Shown piece by piece: positions 56,586-64,000 of a stretch of DNA of 64,000 nt (its first letter is position 1; each line of letters starts with the position of its first letter). The notes under the pieces were generated by a model. The model ran no database searches and had not been told where the DNA came from. It saw nothing but the letters and a program-made list of their open reading frames with translations. This stretch comes from an uncultured virus (IMG/VR IMGVR_UViG_3300033388_003316) (lineage: Duplodnaviria > Heunggongvirae > Uroviricota > Caudoviricetes): IMG/VR virus record IMGVR_UViG_3300033388_003316; one strand, written 5' to 3'. Both the position numbers and the translations under genes were made by a program.

Positions 56586-57530
56586 ATGATTACAAACGAT
56601 AAAGAATTATTACGTATCGGTTCGGAAATAAGACAAATAATAAGTGATAAACAAAAAGAAATATCACTATCATTTGTTGAGGATACACACACATACTATA
56701 TTAAAAACAAGGAAGGTAAGATAGTTAGTAACCTACCATCAGTATCAACAGTAATCACCCAATACTATGAACCATTTGATGACATTACAAAATCATTTGA
56801 GATGTGTGATGGTGACTTACTAAAACAAGATGGGTTATTGAAGGAATGGAAAGGTACAGCTGATTATGCAAATAATCAAGGTTCTAGAGTCCATTACTTA
56901 CTTGAATGTGATTTACTTAAGATGTATAAATACAATAAGGAAGTTAGGAGACCAATATTCAAATGTGATGAGGAACAAATATTTATTGGTAATCAGATGA
57001 TAGATGCTGGACACAACTTTATAAGACTAATGCATAGACGTGGTGCTGTATTACTTGATACTGAGATGGTATTGGGTAGTATTGATTTGGGTTACACTGG
57101 CCAACCAGATAAGGTTTGGTTGATTAGGAATGCTAAAGGTGAATTAGGTTTTATCATTACCGATTGGAAAACAAATAAACCAAAGAATTTCATAGTACAA
57201 CATTATACTGGTAAAATGTTACCACCTTTTGATGACCAAAACGATACAGCTTTGGAGCACTATAAAATTCAATTACCACTTTACGGTAGGTTGATTTTGG
57301 ATATGTTAAAGGGAACTAAATTTGAGAGTTTGAAATTCTTCGGATGTGTTATTGTTCACTTATTACAGAACGGAACGTACAAAGAATATAGGGTTGAGAA
57401 TACCTTTATTGATAGAATATTGACTGAACCACCATTACCTAGAATTAATGAGGTTATTGAGTATAAAAATAATCATGCTCGTAGAGAAGAAAATCGAATT
57501 AAACAAGTAAATAAATTAATCAATGGGTAA
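56586..57530 (+). CDS. PD-(D/E)xK exonuclease (RecB/Cas4-like family)
   Basis: F.EDTHTY, PSVSTVI, GSRVH, TE, GQPD, DWKT, Y.IQL.LY. Confidence 0.8.
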   Translation: MITNDKELLRIGSEIRQIISDKQKEISLSFVEDTHTYYIKNKEGKIVSNLPSVSTVITQYYEPFDDITKSFEMCDGDLLKQDGLLKEWKGTADYANNQGSRVHYLLECDLLKMYKYNKEVRRPIFKCDEEQIFIGNQMIDAGHNFIRLMHRRGAVLLDTEMVLGSIDLGYTGQPDKVWLIRNAKGELGFIITDWKTNKPKNFIVQHYTGKMLPPFDDQNDTALEHYKIQLPLYGRLILDMLKGTKFESLKFFGCVIVHLLQNGTYKEYRVENTFIDRILTEPPLPRINEVIEYKNNHARREENRIKQVNKLING

Positions 57531-57570
57531 AAAACAAATTAGTTTTAATAAAATATAAACATGTGGTAAA

Positions 57571-57602
57571 CTTGTGGGGGTCTAAAAATTTATATATCTT
57601 TG
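57571..57602 (+). promoter_or_regulatory. Bacteroidota sigma70 promoter (C)TTG-N20-TAnnTTTG
   Basis: CTTG at 57571-57574, TATCTTTG at 57595-57602, upstream of the Mre11-like gene. Confidence 0.65.
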
Positions 57603-57612
57603 TATAAAAACT

Positions 57613-58437
57613 ATGGGAAATAAAGTTTTAAAAATCATTCATTTGGCTGACATACACATTAGGACGTTTAGGATGCATGAGGAATATAAAGAAGTGTTTC
57701 AGACATTCATTGATAAATGTAAGAGACTTACAGAAGGTTATGAACATGGGGAGGTACGTATAGCCATTGTTGGTGATTTGGTTCACCAGAAAATTACAAT
57801 ATCAAATGAACAATTGGTATTATGTACTTGGTTATTAGCTGAACTAGCCAAAATAGCTCCAGTTGTGTTAGTTGCTGGAAATCACGATTTATTGGAAAAC
57901 AATAAAGATAGAATGGATTCACTCACCCCAATCGTACAACTACTAGATAATGAAAATATTCGTTATTATAAAGAGAGTAAGTGTTATATAGATGAAAATA
58001 TTGTTTGGTGTAACTACTCGATATTTGATGAAAACAAAAGACCAGATATTGAATACGGTAGGGTTAATCACGGTGACGATAAGTGTTTCATTGGGTTATA
58101 CCACGCACCCTTAATTGGTGCTACCACAGATACAGGTTATGAATTTGACGAACACCACACTAATTTAGAACATTTCGAGGGTTGTGACATGGTGTTATTG
58201 GGTGATATCCACAAAAGACAAATATTTAACCACCAAGGGATTACTATAGCATATCCATCATCATTAATCCAACAAGGGTTCGGTGAGACCGTTAGTAAAC
58301 ATGGGTTTTTATTCTGGGACGTGGAGACTAGAACTTATGAAGAACATGATATAGAGACTAGATATGGTTTCTACCAATTTAAAATAAAATCATTAGATGA
58401 TTTGGAGAAAGGTATTGAAGTACACACTAATAGCTAA
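57613..58437 (+). CDS. Mre11/SbcD-like metallophosphoesterase nuclease (T4 gp47-like)
   Basis: HLADIH, GDLVH, GNHD, YH, LGDIH, YPSSLIQQ.FGE. Confidence 0.9.
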   Translation: MGNKVLKIIHLADIHIRTFRMHEEYKEVFQTFIDKCKRLTEGYEHGEVRIAIVGDLVHQKITISNEQLVLCTWLLAELAKIAPVVLVAGNHDLLENNKDRMDSLTPIVQLLDNENIRYYKESKCYIDENIVWCNYSIFDENKRPDIEYGRVNHGDDKCFIGLYHAPLIGATTDTGYEFDEHHTNLEHFEGCDMVLLGDIHKRQIFNHQGITIAYPSSLIQQGFGETVSKHGFLFWDVETRTYEEHDIETRYGFYQFKIKSLDDLEKGIEVHTNS

Positions 58438-58898
58438 TGAAAATAAATAATACCATAATAGATAATATTAAGGAATACTGCAAACTTAATGGGATTTTAA
58501 ATATTGATGAATTTGTAAATAAAGCATTAAATCGTGGATTCACAATCGCTAAGTATGGTGAAACGCCAACAACAACACAACATATCCCAAAAGTAATAGA
58601 AAAAGAAGTCCCTATTGAAGTGATTAAAGAAATTGAGGTAATTAAAGAAGTTGAAAAAATAGTAAATGTTACTGATGATGTAGAAATTAATAGGTTATTA
58701 AATAAAATTGAAGATATGAAAATGTCTCATATAGAAACCATTAATTTACTTAAAAAAGATATGGGGGAGCAAAACCAAGTAATAATAAAATTAAATAAGG
58801 AGAAAAATCTTATTAAATTGGATTGTGATGAACAATTAAAAAATAAAGACGAAGAAATAAGAAAACTTAAATCTAACAAAGATTTTTACGGTGAATAA
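58437..58898 (+). CDS. Hypothetical coiled-coil protein with I/V-E-K repeats
   Basis: VIEKEVPIEVIKEIEVIKEVEKIV; coupled to both neighbours. Confidence 0.7.
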   Translation: MKINNTIIDNIKEYCKLNGILNIDEFVNKALNRGFTIAKYGETPTTTQHIPKVIEKEVPIEVIKEIEVIKEVEKIVNVTDDVEINRLLNKIEDMKMSHIETINLLKKDMGEQNQVIIKLNKEKNLIKLDCDEQLKNKDEEIRKLKSNKDFYGE

Positions 58899-58899
58899 T

Positions 58900-61266
58900 A
58901 TGAAAAAAATCGAAGAAAATAAATTAGTTAAAATACCACCATATGCTAAAGTTAAGGTATATTGGGATGATAATCCAGAAAATTATTCTAGAGAAGGTAG
59001 AAATAGAGTTCAATCATATTTTTCTAGAAAATACGGGGTGACAAAAACAAACGTTAATGTCGTATTCAGACCAACTAAGATAGATAAAAACGGTAATGAA
59101 ATCGAAATCAGTGGTGCTGGTATTGATAACATAATGGACAGTAATTATCAAAGGGGTTTAATGAAAGAGTGGATTGAAAGAAATGAAAAAAAAGTTGATT
59201 TCCAAAGAATAGTTAAATTAGATGAAAAGGTTAATGGTTCATTAGAAATAGATGTAAACGAAGTTAAACATAGGAGATGGGAAATAAAATGGTTAAGTAT
59301 AAATAATTTTCTTTGTTATGGTGAAAACAATTATGTTAATTTTGGTAAACTAAAAGGGTTATCAATCATTAATTCAACCCCTAAAAACCAAGGTGGTAAA
59401 ACAACATTTAGTGTTGATGCTATAAAATTTTTATTATTTGGTAAAACAACAAAAACAGACACTAATGCTGAAGTTTTTAACACATTTACTAATGAAAATA
59501 AAATAACTTTAAGAGGTATGATTACTTACGATGGTAAAGATATCATTATTGAAAGGGTGTTAAGTAGGACCGAAAAAAGAGCGGGTGGTTACACTATTAA
59601 AAATAAATTATCTTACTATAAGTTAATGCCAGACGGTGAAGAAATAATTTTGGAAGAAGAAGACGCAACTTCAACCACAGCTGAAATTAAAAGAACTATT
59701 GGTGATGAATCTGATTTCGATATTACAATCCTTACAACGGCAAAAAACTTAGAAGATTTAATAGACACCACCCCTACCGAGTCTGGAAAACTACTCACTA
59801 AATTTATTGGTATTGAAGTAATTGAAATGAAAGAAAAAATAGTTCGTAAAATGCACAATGAATATAGTAAAACTATGAAATCTAATCATTTTAATGTTGA
59901 GGAACTTAAAAATGAAATTATTGAACATAAAGAAGCCGTTGATTATAGTAAAAAATTATTAATTAAACAAAAACTTGAATTAGATGAAATAAAAAGTCGT
60001 ATCAACATATTGAACAACGATAAAGATAATTTATTAATTAGTAAAAAACCAGTTGATGTTACGATATCCCAATTAAACCCAGAAACAATAGAATCTGAAA
60101 TAAAAAGTATAACTAATAAAGGTAAAGAGTTTGCGGAATCTATTAAGAAATATTTAGTTGAAATAAATGAAATTGGAAATGTAACATATGATGAAACAAG
60201 TTATTTTAATTTAAATAAGGAATATAATGCACTAGATGCTAAGTTAAATGCAAATATGGTAACTAAAGAAAACCATATTTGTACGGTAGACCAGTTAAAA
60301 AATGGTGAAATATGTCCAACATGTAAAAGACCATTGGAAGATGTTGACCATTCAAACGAAATTAAAATTGAAGAAGCCAAAATCGAAAAATTAATTACTG
60401 AACACAAGGTTGGTACTAAAAAACTAGAAAAAATAAGAGATGAAATTAACTTAATGGGTGAGGTTAAAAAATCTGTTGACCTAAAAAATAAGATTGAATT
60501 ACAAAAAGACCGTGCTGAGGTTGAAATAGAGGCACTAAGAAACAAAATAAAGGTTAAAAGAATTGATTTAAAAAATTATAATGATAATATTGAAACTATT
60601 AACCTTAATAGACTTATAGACTCAAAAATTGAGGTTGTTAAAACAAATATTGTGGTACAAGAAACCAAAAAAGACTCAATAATAGGTGAAATAAAAACTA
60701 CAGAGAGTGATATAACCACCAATAATACTAGTATCAGGACAAAAGAAACACTTATTGATACTATAGGTAAAGAAAAAGAGGTAGATAGGCTATTTAAGAT
60801 ATATGTTGAAATGATTGGTAAAAAAGGTATTAGTAAATTAATACTAAGGTCAGTACTACCAATCATCAACTCTGAGTTATATAGGTTAATGGATGAGGTT
60901 TGTGATTTTGAAGTAGAATTAACAATTAATGATAAAAATGATGTTGTATTTATACTAAGTAAAAATGGTATTGAGAAAAAATTAAAATCTGGAAGTGGTT
61001 TTGAAAAAACAACAGCAAGTATTGCATTAAGGTGTGTTTTAGGTAAAATATCACACCTACCCATGCCAAACTTCGTTACTTTTGACGAACCATTTGGTAT
61101 GGTCGCTGATGTAAATCTAGATAAGATTAAACCAATGTTTGATAAGATTAAAGATATGTATGATATTGTTTTTTTAATTTCCCACATAGATACTGTTAAA
61201 GATTGGGGTGACAATGTAATTACCGTTAAAAAAGTTAAAGATATTAGTGAAATATCAGTAAAATAA
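58900..61266 (+). CDS. Rad50/SbcC-like SMC ATPase (T4 gp46-like) with an N-terminal extension
   Basis: INNFLCYG, NQGGKTT, coiled coils, Zn hook CPTC, signature SGSGFEK, Walker B TFDEPFG, ISH. GTG 58891 is an alternative start. Confidence 0.9.
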   Translation: MKKIEENKLVKIPPYAKVKVYWDDNPENYSREGRNRVQSYFSRKYGVTKTNVNVVFRPTKIDKNGNEIEISGAGIDNIMDSNYQRGLMKEWIERNEKKVDFQRIVKLDEKVNGSLEIDVNEVKHRRWEIKWLSINNFLCYGENNYVNFGKLKGLSIINSTPKNQGGKTTFSVDAIKFLLFGKTTKTDTNAEVFNTFTNENKITLRGMITYDGKDIIIERVLSRTEKRAGGYTIKNKLSYYKLMPDGEEIILEEEDATSTTAEIKRTIGDESDFDITILTTAKNLEDLIDTTPTESGKLLTKFIGIEVIEMKEKIVRKMHNEYSKTMKSNHFNVEELKNEIIEHKEAVDYSKKLLIKQKLELDEIKSRINILNNDKDNLLISKKPVDVTISQLNPETIESEIKSITNKGKEFAESIKKYLVEINEIGNVTYDETSYFNLNKEYNALDAKLNANMVTKENHICTVDQLKNGEICPTCKRPLEDVDHSNEIKIEEAKIEKLITEHKVGTKKLEKIRDEINLMGEVKKSVDLKNKIELQKDRAEVEIEALRNKIKVKRIDLKNYNDNIETINLNRLIDSKIEVVKTNIVVQETKKDSIIGEIKTTESDITTNNTSIRTKETLIDTIGKEKEVDRLFKIYVEMIGKKGISKLILRSVLPIINSELYRLMDEVCDFEVELTINDKNDVVFILSKNGIEKKLKSGSGFEKTTASIALRCVLGKISHLPMPNFVTFDEPFGMVADVNLDKIKPMFDKIKDMYDIVFLISHIDTVKDWGDNVITVKKVKDISEISVK

Positions 61267-61269
61267 TTG

Positions 61270-61277
61270 TATTTTTG
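61270..61277 (+). promoter_or_regulatory. Possible Bacteroidota -7 element TATTTTTG (ATATTTAT also at 61312-61319)
   Basis: Intergenic, before ATG 61324; -33 element weak. Confidence 0.35.
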
Positions 61278-61323
61278 TGGTAGAATTATTATATTAGCTT
61301 TATTATTTAAAATATTTATAATT

Positions 61324-61794
61324 ATGAAATTTAAAAATTATTGTATAGTAGCACTAGGTGGTGTAGACGGAATTAAAGATATTGTATCTAAAATAACTGA
61401 AACAAAATTAAGATGTCTACAACAAACAGGTGTCTTTATAGGTACATTTACATGTACTATGACAGCAACAGAATTAAAAGAAGTTTTTGATAGGGAAAGT
61501 AGAACTTTTTTTATATTTGAAGTTGGTAATAACACTAGTGCCTTTAAGATGGGTAAAGAAGATATCCACAACCAATTATTCGGATTTATTGAAAATGACA
61601 ATAGTGAGGTTTTAAACATTATGAGTGATAAGTTAATGAATGAAATTAACAGTATTAAAATGAGTGGTAATACAAATGAACAATTAGGTCAAGAACTATC
61701 ACTACAAGAACAACTTAATTTAGCTGTAGATACTGAGGATTATCTTAAAGCAGCTGAACTAAGGGATTTAATAAAATTAAATAGTAAAGATTAA
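61324..61794 (+). CDS. Hypothetical protein with a C-terminal UVR (UvrB/UvrC) motif
   Basis: LQEQLNLAVDTEDYLKAAELRDLI; ATG 61324 in frame with the track ORF. Confidence 0.75.
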   Translation: MKFKNYCIVALGGVDGIKDIVSKITETKLRCLQQTGVFIGTFTCTMTATELKEVFDRESRTFFIFEVGNNTSAFKMGKEDIHNQLFGFIENDNSEVLNIMSDKLMNEINSIKMSGNTNEQLGQELSLQEQLNLAVDTEDYLKAAELRDLIKLNSKD

Positions 61795-61898
61795 ATTATT
61801 ACATAAAAAACATTTAAAAAAGGTTTACTTTTTAACATTATGTTGTATATTAATGTGTTCAGACGAACCAAAATAATAGTAAAGGAAAATGAAAATTG

Positions 61899-62747
61899 AT
61901 GAACAAAAAATATGTAAGTACTAACGGAGATGATAGTATAACTAAATATTTTAAAGATATTAGACGAAGTGAAACACTAACCCCAGAAGAAGAATTGGAC
62001 TTAGCCCAGAGGATTAAAAACGGTGATGATAACGCTATCGATACTTTAGTTAACGCCAATCTTAGGTTTGTGATATCCATAGCAAAAGAATATCAAGGCC
62101 AAGGTTTATCTTTAGCGGATTTAATTAGTGAAGGTAATTATGGTCTAATTAAAGCAGCGACTAGGTTTGACCACACCAGAGGGTTTAGATTTATATCTTA
62201 TGCAGTATACTGGATTAAACAAGCAATTATGCAAAGTTTAAATGATAATTCTAGGTCAATTAGATTACCAGCAAATGTTATTAACAAACTTTATAAGATT
62301 AGAAAACAAATAGCTAAATTTGAGTCAGAAAATGGTAGATTACCAACTAATGGTGATGAGGTTATAAATAATAAAGGTGAAGTTGAGGAATTTGAATCAG
62401 GACCAAACACCCCAACATGCGGTTCTTTAAACCAAAGGATAAATGAAGATGGTGATGAATTATTAGAAGTAGTCATTGATGAAACATTTAACCAACCAGA
62501 TATTTTTGAAATCAATGAGGATAAAATTAATGAAGAACTTTACAAAGCACTTGATGTGTTAGATGAAAGAGAAAGAAATATTATTGAGTCTTATTTTGGT
62601 TTAAACACTAATTTTGAACCGATGACTCTAGAAGCTATTGGTGAAAGATACGACTTAACTAAAGAACGTATCAGACAAATTAAGGAAAAGGCCATTAGAA
62701 AATTAAGGTATAATGTACATAATCTTTATGAGCTAATAAATGAATAA
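61899..62747 (+). CDS. Phage-encoded RNA polymerase sigma70 factor (RpoD/RpoS-like, Bacteroidota type, no region 1.1)
   Basis: NLRFVISIAKEY, DLISEGNYGLIKAATRFD..RGFRFISYAVYWIKQ, IRLP, TLEAIGERYDLTKERIRQI. Confidence 0.93.
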   Translation: MNKKYVSTNGDDSITKYFKDIRRSETLTPEEELDLAQRIKNGDDNAIDTLVNANLRFVISIAKEYQGQGLSLADLISEGNYGLIKAATRFDHTRGFRFISYAVYWIKQAIMQSLNDNSRSIRLPANVINKLYKIRKQIAKFESENGRLPTNGDEVINNKGEVEEFESGPNTPTCGSLNQRINEDGDELLEVVIDETFNQPDIFEINEDKINEELYKALDVLDERERNIIESYFGLNTNFEPMTLEAIGERYDLTKERIRQIKEKAIRKLRYNVHNLYELINE

Positions 62748-62776
62748 AAATACATTGTTTTTAATATAATTAATTT

Positions 62777-64000
62777 ATGAAACTACATTTAGGATACATT
62801 TTAGGGTTATTTGCTATCGCATTAGCAGCATCAGCTGGTTATATTTCAGTTGTTGGTTGGGGTAAATTATTTGCTGGTGAATCAACAATCGTAATGATTG
62901 TTATGGGGATAATAGAGGCAGCCAAAGTTATTACAACAATATATTTACATAGGTACGGTAAACGAAAACCTAGAACTAAAGATGTTGGGGTATTTAAGTA
63001 CTTTTACACGGGATTATTATCACTAAAATCTTATTTAGTTATTGGTGTTATGTCAACAATGTTCCTAACATCTGTTGGTATTTATGGGTTCTTAACTGGT
63101 GCCTATCAAGACACAGCTAATAAAATGGAAATACATGATGGTGAGGTGACGATACTTGAAGGTAAAAAAGAAATATTTGAAATTAAAATTGAAGATAATA
63201 AGGGTGTTATAAATACTAAAACAAATAGAATAACAAGATTATCAGACCTTAGACTTAAACAAGAAACTAGATTAGATTCACTATTAAGTAATCGACACTG
63301 GAGTAATGTTAAAAAAACACAAGTTCAAATTGAGGAAGCAAATGAGGAGATTCAAAAACTAACATCTGATATTGATATTATAGTAGATAACAACTCATCA
63401 TTACAAGACTCAGTTAGTAGATATCAAGTTAAAATACTAGAATTAAAGGGTAATTCAGATGTTGCAGCTGAGATTGGCCCCCTTAAATACATTGCATCAC
63501 TTACAGGACACCCTATGGGGTCAATAATAAACTGGCTGGTATTGGTTATAATATTTATTTTTGACCCGATGGCTATTTCACTAGTATTAGCGTCAAACAA
63601 AGTATTTGAAGTTAATAAGCGTAAATATGATAATAACATTAATACATCAGAATTAGTAATCCCTAAAGGGTCAAACATATTTGTTAATGAAAATAATAGT
63701 GATTTAGAATTATCAGAAGAACCTACCGAAACACTTAAAGATATTTGGGTGGGTCAAGATGAAGACATCATTGAACCAGAGCCGTTTGGTGACATTAACT
63801 ATGAAGATGAGCAATCTCCAATAACTAACGATGTTAATAAACCAGAGGGTAAAACACTAGAATCAGATAAAGTAATCACACCAGAAGACCAAATTAAAGA
63901 GAATAAGGGGAAAATTAATGATGTGGTTAAAGGTATTACAAGTACCACCACTCCAGTGATACCAACAGGTAATGTTAAAAGGGAAGAGATTAAGGAAATA
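62777..64000 (+). CDS. Multi-pass membrane protein with a coiled coil (partial, runs off the window; absent from the ORF track)
   Basis: Own translation: MKLHLGYILGLFAIALAASAGYISVVGWGKLFAG...EAAKV...TSVGIYGFLT...coiled coil...AAEIGPLKYIA...WLVLVIIFIFDPMAISLVLA; no stop seen to the end. Confidence 0.8.
   Translation, partial: MKLHLGYILGLFAIALAASAGYISVVGWGKLFAGESTIVMIVMGIIEAAKVITTIYLHRYGKRKPRTKDVGVFKYFYTGLLSLKSYLVIGVMSTMFLTSVGIYGFLTGAYQDTANKMEIHDGEVTILEGKKEIFEIKIEDNKGVINTKTNRITRLSDLRLKQETRLDSLLSNRHWSNVKKTQVQIEEANEEIQKLTSDIDIIVDNNSSLQDSVSRYQVKILELKGNSDVAAEIGPLKYIASLTGHPMGSIINWLVLVIIFIFDPMAISLVLASNKVFEVNKRKYDNNINTSELVIPKGSNIFVNENNSDLELSEEPTETLKDIWVGQDEDIIEPEPFGDINYEDEQSPITNDVNKPEGKTLESDKVITPEDQIKENKGKINDVVKGITSTTTPVIPTGNVKREEIKEI

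Noticed and set aside
56586..57530. Cas4-like nuclease as part of a CRISPR system
   Set aside because: No array or other cas genes in the window and no obvious Fe-S Cys cluster; it sits in a replication/recombination context
92..63678. Many minus-strand and nested ORFs in the track (e.g. 6842-7396, 22726-23262, 34768-35283, 60576-61214)
   Set aside because: They lie antisense to or inside well-supported plus-strand genes and have the Ser/Leu/Phe/Ile-rich composition of shadow ORFs, with no recognisable motifs
142..64000. Stop-codon reassignment (TAG or TGA recoding), as seen in some large Bacteroidota phages
   Set aside because: Long conserved genes are intact under code 11, and TAG ends genes at expected C-termini (nrdA at 32184, gp25-like at 33034)
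1..64000. tRNA or other structured RNA genes
   Set aside because: Intergenic gaps are short and AT-rich; no cloverleaf or T-loop GTTCGA context seen outside CDSs

Overview
This is a 64 kb, AT-rich, almost entirely plus-strand segment of a large contractile-tailed (T4-like/jumbo myovirus) phage genome. The host is most likely Bacteroidota, based on a Bacteroidota-type sigma70 gene, TTTG-N20-TAnnTTTG promoters, A-rich leaders without Shine-Dalgarno sites and SprB-type repeats. Layout: a tail module (sheath, tube, chaperone pair, tape measure, baseplate hub proteins with OmpA-like and MepA-like domains, lambda-type lysozyme; 0.1-21.4 kb). Then a replication/nucleotide block (gp32-like SSB, UvsX/RecA, 5'-3' exonuclease, DnaB helicase, class I RNR beta and alpha; 23.8-32.2 kb). 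Then a baseplate wedge and fibre block (gp25, gp6 and many large Cys-rich proteins; 32.6-54.8 kb). Finally RuvC, primase, a PD-(D/E)xK nuclease, Mre11/Rad50, a phage sigma70 and a truncated membrane protein. Best leads: (1) a candidate +1/-2 programmed frameshift on a T7 run joining the tail chaperone to the next ORF; (2) three distinct promoter classes, including a TATTTAT late motif; (3) a re-partitioned Mre11/Rad50 pair; (4) a 4-Cys repeat module shared by two adjacent baseplate genes; (5) a strand-composition switch at a (TA)n spacer near 10.3 kb; (6) apparent GATC avoidance. All functional calls come from motif recognition by eye; no searches were run.
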